Below are positions 1-15,049 of a DNA stretch of 64,000 bases, piece by piece. The stretch lies in the NCBI GenBank assembly GCA_964016885.1, contig OZ024741.1, positions 370,388,001-370,452,000 on the forward strand. Reading direction: 5' to 3'. The notes under the pieces were generated by a model, which worked only from the letters and a program-made list of their open reading frames with translations, was not told the origin of the DNA and did not search any database. A program made the translations under genes and the position numbers. This stretch comes from Eledone cirrhosa (lineage: Eukaryota). The stretch's first letter is position 1. Each line of letters starts with the position of its first letter.

Positions 1-191
1 TAACACCTCTGCCAATATGACGCCTTTTCATGACTTTAAAGAGTGCAAAACAACCGAATGTTTGGCATATTATGTAAACAATTACTATCTATACGAACCT
101 GAAATCTTGTCATTTGAAAAATGAGAACTTTTAAGTTTATGAAAAAATTTCTAAAACGTGTTAGATCTTGAAACGAGTACAAGATCTTCTC

Positions 192-760
192 TTTTTTATT
201 GGCTGTAATGGCTAATAATTGTCTGTATATGGGTACGGGGTAAAGAAGGACAGAACTGGCTGTATGGGAAAGTAGAGGAAAGGACTGTAAAACCCATAAA
301 TGAGAGGAAAAGGAGGGAAAACAAGGATTCTAGGGCCACAGGAAAAAGGAGGAGATGGGTAGAGGGTGAGGGGCTCTGGGCTTAGACCATGGCGGTGTTG
401 GGACTGGACGTCGGGGACAAAATTGCAAAAATATTTCTGCGGACAATGGCCAACTACACGCGCTGCAACAGCCACTGCAACTCGCGGGACTCCTTCCTCA
501 GACGGGCTACTGACGTTCTCTTCTAGCGAAGAAGCTTCGCTGTACAGGGTCCAAGGACGCTTCAGGTCTCGACGGTGACAGGAGCGAAGACGAAGCGGCT
601 TTTTTCAGTTTTTGTTTGTCTTCCTGTCGTCTGCATTTCGGGCCGCAGTACCGGGGTTTGTGGACGAAGCGACTAATTTGGAGGCGGAAAACGTCTCACA
701 ACATGTGGAGTCCCAGGTGAGAGATCTACTTCCTTTAAATGAAAAGACAGTAATTCCGTA
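192..760 (-). mobile_element. CRE-clade (restriction-like endonuclease) non-LTR retrotransposon, decayed 3' fragment with 3' UTR
   Basis: Minus strand reads GITVFSFKGSRSLTWDSTCCETFSASKLVASSTNPGTAARNADDRK, then RFVFAPVTVET*SVLGPCTAKLL and RELQWLLQRV*LAIVRRNIFAILS across frameshifts/stops, the CRE RLE C-terminus pattern. Ends in gccaataaaaaa. Confidence 0.8.
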
Positions 761-959
761 CTTTTCTGCAAAAACCTGAAAAACCAAGAAACTCCTAATT
801 TTGGCCAATAATTAGAAACATATTCGATGCCTAACCACGTGATCTTCCTAAACCTTTCAAATTGTATTTCAAACATCTAGCAACTGACTCACATTTTGTA
901 TAGGAAACTGAAAGAAATTCCCAACAACAGTTAGATGCGAGATACAAGCCGGCTTGGCC

Positions 960-1080
960 ACACATTTCTCCATCTCTCTTGACATTTGAAAATCATGAAA
1001 CTTGCGAAACCGGTAAAGTCATAGATTAGTGTAAATAAACCTTTTGAAAGACTCCTATTGCATTTTCAACTTCTATTTTC
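960..1080 (+). mobile_element. Penelope-like pLTR 3' end fragment (degenerate)
   Basis: cgaaaccggta followed by gtaaataaaccttttgaaagactcctattgcattttcaacttc running into (CA)n; a similar end occurs at 41585-41635. Confidence 0.35.
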
Positions 1081-1097
1081 ACACACACACACACACG

Positions 1098-1244
<147 letters not shown>

Positions 1245-1263
1245 GATATATATATATTTACAC

Positions 1264-1297
<34 letters not shown>

Positions 1298-1298
<1 letters not shown>

Positions 1299-1640
1299 TA
1301 AGGCGGGTAAAATTCCCGAGATCCATGGACGAGTTCTCTCAAGCGGTCTCTGTCCCTCATTATCGCTGCCATGTCCTGCGTCTCCAACAGACCAGTGTCT
1401 GTCCTTAGGGCATCAACATACGTTAACCTTGGTCTTCCTCTTCTAGTGTGTCCATGTAGGGGCTCCCAAAGGAGCACTGAGTGCAATGTCAACTCTGGAT
1501 GTCGGTGAGCATGTCCAGCTAACCTCAGTCTCCCCTGTGTCACTTTTGAGCTGACTTTTGGGATGCTCCCATACAGCTCTGAGTTTTTCATCCTCAGTGT
1601 ATACTGATTAATGTTCAGAGCCATCCTCAACATTAATATT
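1298..1640 (-). mobile_element. RTE-clade LINE, 5'-truncated 3' end
   Basis: ORF segment MLRMALNI...ELYGSIPKVSSKVTQGRLRLAGHAHRHPEL...[29 protein letters not shown] matches the RTE C-terminal R-L-x-G-H ... GRP pattern; flanked by (TA)n. Confidence 0.85.
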
Positions 1641-1649
1641 AAGGCTAAA

Positions 1650-3050
<1,401 letters not shown>

Positions 3051-3110
3051 ATCCACGGGCAGGGAGGAGTTCCTATGTTGTGGATCAACCTTTGCTTTCT
3101 TTATGTTTAG

Positions 3111-3210
3111 TCAGGGAGGGAAAGGCGTGCCCATGACTGTTGGGAGGAAGGAGCTGTTTCTAAGACCTCCTCCACCGCAACCCCCGCAGTCTGGTGGGGG
3201 TGGAGGGTAG
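3111..3210 (+). CDS. Possible terminal coding exon of an unidentified gene (QGGKGVPMTVGRKELFLRPPPPQPPQSGGGGG*)
   Basis: Unique GC-richer sequence after a pyrimidine tract and AG (ctttgctttctttatgtttag), open to TAG at 3208-3210. No recognisable homology. Confidence 0.2.
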
Positions 3211-3281
3211 TATCCACCGTCCAGAGGTTTGTCCCAAATTCCTGCAGCTTAGTGGACACTAAAAATAACCAAGGACCGACT

Positions 3282-4880
3282 AGGTGGTGGTGTTAAACTG
3301 GACAACAGAGTAGAGTTCGCTAAAGTCACACAAGGTGGCGGAGTGGAACAGAGTGGACTCTGCTAAAGGTACCTCACAGCCAGCTGATTGTGTTAAACTG
3401 AACACCAGAATAGACTCTGCTAAAGGTACCTCACAGCCAGCTGATTGTGTTAAACTGAACACCAGAATAGACTCTGCTAAAGGTACCCCACAGCCAGCTG
3501 ATTGTGTTAAACTGAACACCAGAACAGACTCTGCTAAAGGTACCTCACAGCCAGCTGATTGTGTTAAACTGAACACCAGAATAGACTCTGCTAAAGGTAC
3601 CTCACAGCCAGCTGATTGTGTTAAACTGAACACCAGAATAGACTCTGCTAAAGGTACCTCACAGCCAGCTGATTGTGTTAAACTGAACACCAGAATAGAC
3701 TCTGCTAAAGGTACCTCACAGCCAGCTGATTGTGTTAAACTGAACACCAGAATAGACTCTGCTAAAGGTACCTCACAGCCAGCTGATTGTGTTAAACTGA
3801 ACACCAGAATAGACTCTGCTAAAGGTACCCCACAGCCAGCTGATTGTGTTAAACTGAACACCAGAACAGACTCTGCTAAAGGTACCTCACAGCCAGCTGA
3901 TTGTGTTAAACTGAACACCAGAACAGACTCTGCTAAAGGTACCTCACAGCCAGCTGATGGTGTTAAACTGAACACCAGAATAGACTCTGCTAAAGGTACC
4001 TCACAGCCAGCTGATGGTGTTAAACTGAACACCAGAATAGACTCTGCTAAAGGTACCCAACAGCCAGCTGATTGTGTTAAACTGAACACCAGAACAGACT
4101 CTGCTAAAGGTACCCAACAGCCAGCTGATTGTGTTAAACTGAACACCAGAACAGACTCTGCTAAAGGTACCCAACAGCCAGCTGATTGTGTTAAACTGAA
4201 CACCAGAACAGACTCTGCTAAAGGTACCCAACAGCCAGCTGATTGTGTTAAACTGAACACCAGAACAGACTCTGCTAAAGGTACCCAACAGCCAGCTGAT
4301 TGTGTTAAACTGAACACCAGAACAGACTCTGCTAAAGGTACCCAACAGCCAGCTGATTGTGTTAAACTGAATAACAGACTCTGCTAAAGGTACCCCACAG
4401 TCAGCTGATGGTGTTAAACTGAATAACAGACTCTGCTAAAGGTACCCCACAGTCAGCTGATGGTGTTAAACTGAATAACAGACTCTGCTAAAGGTACCCA
4501 ACAGGCAGCTGATTGTGTTAAACTGAATAACAGACTCTGCTAAAGGTACCCCACAGTCAGCTGATGGTGTTAAACTGAACACCAGAATAGACTCTGCTAA
4601 AGGTACCCAACAGCCAGCTGAAGGTGTTAAACTGAATAACACTCTGTTAAAGGTACCCCCACGTTAAACTGAATAACAAAATAGACTCTGCTAAAAGTAC
4701 CCCATAGCCAACTGGTTGTGTTAAACTAAACACCAGAGTGGACACTGCTAAATGTACCTAATGACCAGTTGGTGGTGTTAAACTAAATAAGAGAGGACAC
4801 TGCTAAGGGTACCCCCAGGACCAGATGGTGGTGTTAAATTGAATAACAGAATGGACTCTGATAAAGGTACCCCAAGCGGT
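3282..4880. repeat. 57-bp minisatellite, roughly 27-28 units
   Basis: Unit aaactgaacaccagaatagactctgctaaaggtacctcacagccagctgattgtgtt; homogeneous core, degenerate edges, 52-bp variant units after about 4370. Confidence 0.95.
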
Positions 4881-5362
4881 GGTTGTGTTTAAATCGAACG
4901 ACGGATTAATGCTCCCCGCCATAAAAAGCCACAATAAGATTTGAACTCGGAACAACACGAAGAACCGGAACAAACACCAATCCACCGCCACCGCTCTAAA
5001 AATACCGCCAATCCACCACCACCAACACCAATCCACCACTCCAACAATACCACCGATCCATCCCCGCCGTCGCTCTAAGAATACCGTCAAACCGCCATAG
5101 CCACCATTCTAACAATACAACCACTCCACCATCACAACCACTCTAACAATACAACCACTCCACCACCACCAACATCACCACCACTCTAACAATACAACCA
5201 CTCCACCACCACCACCATCACCACCACTCTCACAATGCCGCCAATCCACCACCACCATCACCGCCACCACTCTAACGATACCGCCAATCCACCGCCGTCA
5301 TAACCAGAAGTATAAAAGGCAATGTTGACCTCGGCTGGGGTCAACTGGGACTACATTAACTC

Positions 5363-6577
5363 TGGTGGTGGTGGTGGTGGTGGTGGTGGTGATGTTGGTG
5401 GTGGTGGTGTTGGTGGTGGTGGTGGTGGTGGTGGTGTTGGTGGTATTGGTGGTGTTGGTGGTGTTGGTGGTGGTGGTGGTGGTGGTGGTGTTGGTGGTGG
5501 TGATGTTGGTGGTATTGGTGGTGGTGGTGGTGGTGGTGGTATTGGTGGTGGTGGTGGTGGTGATGTTGGTGGTGGTGGTGGTGGTGGTGGTGTTGGTGGT
5601 GGTGGTGGTGGTGGTGATGTTGGTGGTATTGGTGGTGTTGGTGGTGGTGGTGTTGGTGGTATTGGTGGTGTTGGTGGTGGTGGTGGTGGTGGTGGTGGTG
5701 GTGGTGGTGGTGATGTTGGTGGTATTGGTGGTGTTGGTGGTGGTGTTGGTGGTGGTGGTGTTGGTGGTGGTGTTGGTGGTGGTGGTGTTGGTGGTGGTGG
5801 TGGTGGTGGTGGTGGTGGTGGTGGTGGTGGTGATGTTGGTGGTATTGGTGGTGTTGGTGGTGGTGGTGGTGGTGGTGTTGGTGGTGATGTTGGTGGTATT
5901 GGTGGTGTTGGTGGTGGTGGTGGTGGTGTTGGTGGTGGTGATGTTGGTGGTGGTGGTGGTGGTGGTGGTGGTGGTGGTGGTGGTGTTGGTGGTATTGGTG
6001 GTGTTGGTGGTGGTGGTGGTGGTGTTGGTGGTGGTGATGTTGGTGGTGGTGGTGGTGGTGGTGGTGGTGGTGGTGGTGTTGGTGGTATTGGTGGTGTTGG
6101 TGGTGATGTTGGTGGTATTGGTGGTGTTGGTGGTGGTGGTGGTGGTGTTGGTGGTGGTGATGTTGGTGGTGGTGGTGGTGGTGGTGGTGGTGGTGGTGGT
6201 GTTGGTGGTATTGGTGGTGTTGGTGGTGATGTTGGTGGTATTGGTGGTGGTGGTGGTGATGGTGGTATTGGTGGTGTTGGTGGTGGTGGTGGTGGTGGTG
6301 GTGGTGGTGGTGTTGGTGGTGGTGATGTTGGTGGTGGTGGTGGTGGTGGTGGTGGTGGTGGTGGTGGTGGTGGTGGTGGTGGTATTGGTGGTGTTGGTGG
6401 TGATGTTGGTGGTATTGGTGGTGGTGGTGGTGTTGGTGGTGGTGGTGGTGGTGGTGGTGGTGGTGGTGGTGGTGGTGGTGGTGGTGGTGGTGGTGGTATT
6501 GGTGGTGTTGGTGGTGGTGGTGGTGGTGGTGGTGGTGGTGGTGGTATTGGTGGTGTTGGTGGTGGTGGTGGTGGTGG

Positions 6578-6608
<31 letters not shown>

Positions 6609-8265
6609 GGTGGTGGTGGTGGTGGTGGTGTTGGTGGTGGTGGTGGTGGTGGTGGTGTGTGGTGGTGGGGGGGGGGGGGGGGGGGGGGGGTATTGGTGGT
6701 GTTGGTGGTGGTGGTGGTGGTGGTGGTGGTGGTGGTGGTGGTGGTGGTGGTGGTGATGTTGGTGGTGATGGTGGTATTGGTGGTGTTGGTGGTGGTGGTG
6801 GTGGTGGTGATGTTGGTGGTATTGGTGGTGGTGGTGGTGGTGGTGGTGTTGGTGGTGGGTGGTGGTATTGGTGGTGGTGGTGGTGGTGGTGGTGTTGGTG
6901 GTGGTGGTGGTGGTGGTGGTGATGTTGGTGGTATTGGTGGTGTTGGTGGTGGTGGTGGTGTTGGTGGTGGTATTGGTGGTGGTGGTGGTGGTGCTGTTGG
7001 TGGTGGTGGTGGTGGTGTTGGTGGTGGTGGTGTTGGTGATGGTGATGGTGTTGGTGGTGGTGGTGGTGGTGGTGGTGGTGGTGTTGGTGATGGTGATGGC
7101 GTTGGTGGTGGTGGTGGTGGTGATGGTGATGGTGTTGGTGGTGGTGGTGGTGGTGGTGGTGTTGGTGATGGTGATGGTGTGGTGGTGGTGGTGGTGTTGA
7201 TGGTGGTGTTGATGGTGGTGTTGGTGGTGGTGTTGGTGGTGGTGTTGGTGATGGTGGTGGTAGTGGTGGTGGTGGTGGTGGTGGTGGTGGTGGTGGTGGT
7301 GGTGTTGGTGATGGTGTTGGTGGTGGTGGTGGTGGTGGAAGTGGTGGTGGTGGTGGTGGTGTTGGTGATGGTGATGGTGATGGTGATGGCGTTGGTGGTG
7401 GTGGTGGTGGTGGTGGTGGTGTTGGTGATGGTGATGGCGTTGTTGGTGGTGGTGGTGGTGGTGGTGGTGGTGGTGTTGTTGTTGGTGGTGGTGGTGGTGG
7501 TGGTGGTGGTGTTGGTGATGGTGATGGTGTTGGTGGTGGTGGTGGTGTCGATGGTGGTGTTGATGGTGGTGTTGGTGGTGGTGTTGGTGGTGGTGTTGGT
7601 GATGATGTTGGTGGTGGTGTTGGTGGTGGAAGTGGTGGTGGTGGTGGTGGTGTTGGTGATGGTGATGGTGTTGGTGGTGGTGGTGGTGGTGGTGGTGGTG
7701 GTGGTGGTGGTGGTGGTGGTGGTGGTGGTGGTGGTGTTGGTGATGGTGATGGTGTGGTGGTGGTGGTGGTGGTGGTGGTGTGTTGTTGTTGGTGGTGGTG
7801 GTGGTGGTGGTGGTGGTGTTGGTGATGGTGATGGTGTTGGTGGTGGTGGTGGTGTTGATGGTGGTGTTGATGGTGGTGTTGGTGGTGGTGTTGGTGGTGG
7901 TGTTGGTGATGGTGTTGGTGGTGGTGTTGGTGGTGGTGGTGGTGGTGGTGGTGGTGGTGGTGGTGGTGTTGGTGATGGTGATGGTGTTGGTGGTGGTGGT
8001 GGTGGTGGTGTTGATGATGGTGTTGATGGTGGTGTTGGTGGTGGTGTTGGTGGTGGTGTTGGTGATGGTGTTGGTGATGGTGTTGGTGGTGGTGGTGTTG
8101 GTGATGGTGATGGTGTTGGTGGTGGTGGTGGTGTTGATGGTGGTGTTGATGGTGGTGGTGGTGGTGGTGTTGGTGGTGGTGTTGGTGATGGTGTTGGTGG
8201 TGGTGTTGTTGGTGGTGGTGGTGGTGGTGGTGGTGGTGGTGGTGGTGGTGGTGGTGGTGGTGGTG
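5363..8265. repeat. 2.9-kb degenerate (GGT)n trinucleotide satellite
   Basis: GGT triplets interspersed with GTT/GAT/ATT, plus a poly-G run at about 6667-6690. Confidence 0.95.
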
Positions 8266-8757
8266 CAGTGCATGTGTTGCTGTTGCTGATGTGGGTGAGG
8301 TGTCGGTGGAGAAGGGGGCGGGTTTGAAGTCTATGTATTGTAGTTGTTTTTGTTGTTGTTGCTGTAAAATTCATAAATCACAAAGTTAATTGAATTATGA
8401 TAAAAGTTATTTAGTATTTTTTAGGGACGGAATCTCCCCCGCCCCTCTCTCTATCTATCTATCTATCTATTTCTCTCTCTCTCTCTCTCTGTCTCCCTCT
8501 CTCTCTCTCCCTCTCCCTCTCCCCCTCTATCCCCATGTCTCTCCCCTCTCCTCTTCTGTCCCTCTCACCCCTCTCTCTGTTTTGTGCGTATGGAAGTCAG
8601 TGTGAGGTGTGTGAGTGCGATTATATGATTGTGTGAGTGTGTTTCTGTGTATGTACGACATGTGTGACAGTAGGTTTGTACATGTGTGGGTGTGTGTATG
8701 TGTACGACGTGTATGTGTGTGAATGTGTTTGTACGACATGTGAGAGAATATAATTGT

Positions 8758-8833
<76 letters not shown>

Positions 8834-9076
8834 CATGTGTGTATGAGATTGTGTGTGGTTGTCTGTGTATCTGTCTGTGTATCTGTCTGTGTATCTGTCT
8901 GCATGGTGCGTGCCTTTCTCTGCTCTCTGCTCTCTCTCCTCCATCTCTCTCTACACTCACTCCATCAATAGCGATTATAAATCACATTAGATATAAATTG
9001 GAAGATCTATGAAAGAAGCAACCCGTACTAAAATGAAACTAAATCCTGTCGATTACCAAAGCTCACACCATTCGTA

Positions 9077-9287
9077 TATATAGGAAAATTAAATTGCCAC
9101 AATGCAGCTAACCAATAATAGTGAATAATTCGGGTAAACTATCAACGGAGAAAGGAAAATGTGAACACAAAGACCTGCGGGGTATCTGTTTCTTTTTGTC
9201 CATCCCCAGGGGTTATATCCGACGATTTATATAGTTATCAACTATTATTTTTGTTAGCTGCATTGTGGTGTCTTTATTTTCATATAT
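9077..9287. repeat. Imperfect inverted repeat (about 50-bp arms), old MITE or PLE-type palindrome
   Basis: ccacaatgcagctaaccaataatagt (9097-9122) vs actattatttttgttagctgcattgtgg (9241-9268). Confidence 0.5.
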
Positions 9288-9720
9288 CATATTTCCCAAC
9301 GGTTCATCCTCTACTAAATGTTATATAGATGTGTGTATTTGTAAGTGTGTAAGTTAATATTAATATGCCTCTTCACGTATTATATACCAAATCAGAAATA
9401 TTCAATGACTGGAGGCACTACAGAAAGTTTCTGTAAAATAATTGGAACAGTATCCCACCCACCACTGACTAAATGAATCGAACACAGAATTATCTGCTAC
9501 AAGGAACACATGCACAGTCAGATAATTGTTTAACATATCTATTTTAAATTTGATTTCTATTTTACAATAAACACACTTAACATATGTCTGGCTAAGAACA
9601 TATCCATATGTATAACTCTCGTAAATAGATTTAAGCATCAGATATTTCATATATCAATACTCCGATAAATGTGTATATATATGTATGTTTATATATATAT
9701 ATGTGTGTATATATAAATAC

Positions 9721-9808
<88 letters not shown>

Positions 9809-9850
9809 ATATGTATATATATATATAAATATATATATACATTACATATT

Positions 9851-9899
<49 letters not shown>

Positions 9900-10220
9900 A
9901 AAAATGAAAAGTATAGAAATTATTGTGAGCAAGAAGCCAACAGCATTCCATAATATATAAGTGACTATAGCGTCAAAATGGAAAATATATATATATATAC
10001 ATATGTGAGAGAGAGTGAGAGCGAGTGAGAGAGGGTGAGAGAGAGAGGGTGAGAGAGAGAGAGAATGAGATGGGTGGGGGGGGGGAATACATGTATGTAT
10101 ATATACAAATATCCTCCATGTATATATAATATTGTTTCTCTCTATTCGACTCCAGGGTTATTTTACCCGATTCTCTCAACAACAACTAATAGAAATCAAC
10201 TACTATTATAGTAATTTGCA

Positions 10221-10375
10221 ATTACCCAGTGCATTACTGGTACTTTATTTTATCGACCCCCGTAAGGATGAAAGGTTGACTTTGCCTTTCATCCTTACGA
10301 GGGTCGATAAAATAAAGTACCAGTAATGCACTGGGTTATTGCTGGCCTTGTGCCTAAAGTAGAAACAATTATAGT
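10221..10375. mobile_element. Two truncated copies of the main tRNA-derived SINE joined as an inverted pair
   Basis: cccagtgcattactggtactttattttatcgaccc...aaggatgaaagg followed by its reverse complement cctttcatccttacgagggtcgataaaataaagtaccagtaatgcactggg. Confidence 0.8.
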
Positions 10376-10585
10376 AATTTGCGTTGGGATGACTATATTT
10401 CAAATTTGAAATGTCCACAATGTGTGTGTTCGTGTGTGTGTGTGTGTGTATGTGCGTGTGCGTGTGAGTGTGTGTGTGTGAGTGTGTGTGTGAGTGAGTG
10501 TCTGTGTGTGTGTGTGTTTGTGAGTGCGATATTTTGAAACTCAATGCCAACGTTTGCATGATGAATAATCCTTTAAAATGTTTAC

Positions 10586-10644
<59 letters not shown>

Positions 10645-10651
10645 ATGTGTG

Positions 10652-10709
<58 letters not shown>

Positions 10710-10842
10710 AAACAGAAGTGTGCAGTACAGTGTTAGTATCAGGTACGCGCGCGTGTGTATGTGTGTATGTATATATATACATTATATATATATATATATA
10801 TATAACCTACATATACACTTCAATGCATATAAATGTGTATGA

Positions 10843-10933
<91 letters not shown>

Positions 10934-10946
10934 TCATATATATATA

Positions 10947-11028
<82 letters not shown>

Positions 11029-11719
11029 CATATGTATCAATATACTTACGTTTGTACGCATGTTATTTGCACATATTTCCATCGATTAACACACATTTGC
11101 ATATATCCTGAATGTAAATAATATCTACTTTAATGACAAATTGTTTTCTCTGCTTCTCCTGACAACGCAATTAATGTGACGTCTCTTTGACGTCCATCAA
11201 CCTACTACACGCTCCTTCGTTTTAGACAATATATAGATTTAACCAATATATAGATTTCTCACATATGTATGGAAGCTAATATTTTTTTTATATAGGTTAG
11301 GAGAAAAATCCGAGTGATTAACCTTTATGGTGAAAGTACGTGGCCTAGTGGTTACGGCAAGGATAAGTGATTTCTCATCGAAATGCCATGCCTCACATTT
11401 GTTTGTTTTTACTCTTGCCCATAGCCGAAATATATATCATATATCTTACAAACAAAAAAATTGGAAAGTCCCTAGTCTCACAAAGAACACTGCATCTCAA
11501 AAGTCCTCAGGTGTCTCAAGCCACATCTGTGGTCCACGGGACACCAGTGGCCGATGTTTGGTTTTGGGGTTGTTGGTGTTTCGCTTTTTTAAGGCATAAC
11601 AGATCTCATGGAATGACTAAAAGAGGTTTATTTTTCAACATGGAAAGAAACAGGGCAGTTACTAATAAGAAAAATTAAAATTAATGCATGCAATGTTTCA
11701 CAGTTGTAGCATCACTTCT

Positions 11720-12300
11720 TAGTCAGCTTAGTCAAGACAGTTGGTAAATATGAGTTGTACCTGTAATTGAAAATGCCACTAAATCTCACTGAATATTACC
11801 TTAACTCTTTCGTATTTACATTACTCTCTATATATACTATTGTATTTTCATAGTAAAGCTTTACCTCACGTAATTATCTCACATAACATACATTACTCTA
11901 TCTATACTATTGTATGTCCATAGTAAAGGCTTTATCTCACATAATTATCTCACATAGCTTACATTACTCTATATATACTATTGTATTTTTATAGTAAAGG
12001 CTTTATCTCACATAGTTTTCCCACATAACATACATTACTTTATATATACTATTGTATTTTCATGGTAAAGGCTTTATCTCACATAATTATCTCACATAAT
12101 ATCGAAGCTATGAGATTTTTATGTTATTTATTTTGATACATCAGTATGAGCAGCCAGTTACGACCGGTTTGAACAGAAAGAGGTGAGAGAATTCTGGCCG
12201 GGTATGGTGGGTTTAAATACTAAAGGGTTAAAAGTACACGTGTCTGTGAAATGATCAACTACATGAATGTAATTTCACGAGTTCTGTTGGTTAAACAATT
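11720..12300 (+). mobile_element. Nin/Deu-type SINE-like repeat, split by a DNA transposon
   Basis: aatctcactgaatattacc-TTAA...TTAA-aagtacacgtgtctgtg rejoins to match aatctccctgagaactacattaagggtttacgtg at 15203-15236. Confidence 0.55.
11805..12227. mobile_element. piggyBac-like MITE with TTAA target duplication and an internal ~70-bp tandem repeat (x4)
   Basis: TTAA|ctctttcgtattta ... taaatactaaaggg|TTAA; internal acattactctatatatactattgtattt repeated at about 11818-12100. Confidence 0.75.
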
Positions 12301-12329
12301 GGAACAGCACACATGTGGGAGCTTAGCCA

Positions 12330-13290
12330 TGTGGCTGTGTGTCTGATTGTGTGTATGTGTGTTTGGGTGTATGCATGTGTATAAGTTTTGATGTGTGTAT
12401 GTGTATGAATTTAGTCGTGTGTGTGTGTGTATGGGTTTCGCCGTATGTATGTGTGTGTATGTGTGTGTATGAATTTAGCTGTGTGCATGTGTATGAGTTT
12501 AGCCGTGTGTATGTGTTTGTATGTGTGTATGTGTGTGTGTGTCTGTCTGTGTGGTTGGTGTGGTTGTGTGTTTGTATGTGTATGAGTTTAGACGTGTGCA
12601 TGAGTTTGTGTGTGTGGTTGTGTGTCTGTGAGTATGTGTGTGTATGTGGTTGTGTGTTTGTGTATATGTGTGCGTGTGGTCATGTGTTTGTGCGTATGTA
12701 TGTGTGGTTGTGTGGTTGTGTATATGTATGTGTATGTGTGTTTGTGTATATGTATGTGTGTGTGTGTTTGTGTGTGTGTTTGTGTGTATGTATGTGCATG
12801 TGCGTGTGTGGTTGTGTGTTTGTATGTATGTGTATGAGTTTAGTCGTGTGTTTGTGTATCTACGAATGTGTGTGTTTGAGCATAAGTATGTGTATGAGTT
12901 TAGCCGTGTCTATGTGTTTGTATGTGTGTGTGTGTGTGTTTGTGTGTTTGTGTGTATGTATGTGTATGAGTTTAGCCGTGTCTATGTGTTTGTATGTGTG
13001 TGTGTGTGTGTTTGTGTGTTTGTGTGTATGTATGTGTATGAGTTTAGCCGTGTCTATGTGTTTGTATGTGTGTGTGTGTGTGGTTGTGTGGTTGTGTGTA
13101 TGTATGTGTATGAGTTTAGTCATGTCTATGTGTTTGTATGTGTGTGTGGTTGTGTGTTTGTGTGCATGTATGTGTATGAGTTTAGCCGTGTATATATGTT
13201 TGTATGTATGTGATTGGCTGTGCGTATGCATGTGTATTAGTTTCGCCGTCTGCATATGTTTGTATGTATGTAGTTGTGTGTATGTATGAA
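12330..13290. repeat. TG-rich compound satellite with ~54-bp higher-order unit
   Basis: Recurrent tgtatgagtttagccgtgtctatgtgtttg within (TG)n. Confidence 0.85.
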
Positions 13291-13836
13291 TGTTTCAACC
13301 ATATGGTTCTTTCGTCATGAATTACTCGATAAAAGGCATTACTTAACACTTACACTAGCAAAAGACCGAGCCACCGAGTTAGAAATATCCAACAACAAAA
13401 CAATGAAACAGAGGAACGGACAGCAGACATTAAAGAAGGTGGCAAGGGGGAATAACTCGTTCTGTGACCTGTCTATGGTTTCCAGACACAAACAAAAACC
13501 AACTAAATAGAAAAAAGAAATAACTAGCAAGTGTGACCATTACCAAATTGCACTGGATATCGATAGAAGTGCGGTCCATGCTTATATTTGTTTAATATAA
13601 ATGCTTACAAGTAAAGAAAAAACGAAAAACAAAAGAACAATGAAAACCAAAGAGAAAACCGGTGTTATTGTAGGGCCCCGCGGGACGATTGTAGAAAGGT
13701 TATTAGCAGCTGAAGGTAGAGGTGTCATTGGCATATCACATCACAAAGCCGCCCCATTTCTCTCTCTCTCTCTCGTTCTTTCTCTCTGCCCCTCTCTCTC
13801 TCTCACATGCAATAAAGCCAGTGTAGCAGTGTAGTG

Positions 13837-13923
<87 letters not shown>

Positions 13924-14193
13924 TTCTATCTATCTATATTTATCTATATACATATGTGTGTATGTTTGTATATATACATATATGTATGTATATATGTATA
14001 CATACATATATATATGTGTGTGTGTGTGTCTATGTATTTGTATATGTAGGTGCGTATGTATATATGCATGTATTTATGTATGTATGTATATGTGTGTGTA
14101 TATGTGTGCATGTTTAGTTTGTATATATCTGTATATATATATTATATGTATATATAGATATATAAGTATGTATTTATGTATATATATATATAT

Positions 14194-14307
<114 letters not shown>

Positions 14308-14639
14308 GTATGTATATATATATATATACATATGTATAAATGAATGCATGTATTTAAGTATGCATATATATGCCTATCTAGGTAGTTACGTCTCACCATC
14401 TTTACATATTAGGATATACAATGTTAAACTAGACGTACCATTGTGTTAGAAACAACAAAATGCCGTGGGATTGGCAGAGCATCAGCAGAGCCTGCGGGGA
14501 AATGCGCTGTGTGAGATATTTCTCGCATCCTTTTACTTCCCTTGTTCAATGCTAGGCCAAGACGACTTAGACTTTCATCCGTACGGGACTCGGTAAAATA
14601 AAGTATCAATCAGGTACCAAAATTTACTGAGTCTTGCCA

Positions 14640-14888
14640 AGCCCGGAAGATCTTGTCAAGATCAACCTATAGAGAATAGTACACGTAGGGAGGCAGAGGA
14701 GCAGATAGGGAAAGAGATGGGAGGACAACATCCTGGAATGAACAGGCATGAGGCTGAGTGCAACCATAAAGAAGGCGGAGAGGCGAGAGGAATGGAAGGA
14801 GCTGGTTGCCAGGTCATCGGTGGCGCCTCAAAGGTCCACCAGACTACGGGACAGATGAGATGAGGTGAGATGAGATAAGATAAGATAG
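14640..14888 (+). mobile_element. RTE-clade LINE 3' end with (GATGA)n tail
   Basis: Reads GKRWEDNILE*TGMRLSATIKKAERREEWKELVARSSVAPQRSTRLRDR*, followed by gatgagatgaggtgagatgag. Confidence 0.8.
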
Positions 14889-15049
14889 AAAATTCAGATT
14901 AGACACAAGAATGTGTTAGAAATATCAAAATGGCGGTGGGTTATCAGAATTAGTTGTGTGTCTGTAAAAAACAGAGGCTATGGGCATATCATTTTCCAGG
15001 ATTCGAATTAGCAAGACATTGAACACCAATGTGACAGACCTCCTGTCTA

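Noticed and set aside
3282-4880. CRISPR-like regular array
   Set aside because: Units are contiguous with no unique spacers; eukaryotic context, no cas genes.
5298-8374. ~1000-aa Gly/Val, Pro/Thr and His-rich ORFs
   Set aside because: All frames are open simply because the (GGT)n repeat lacks stops; register shifts between frames, no domains.
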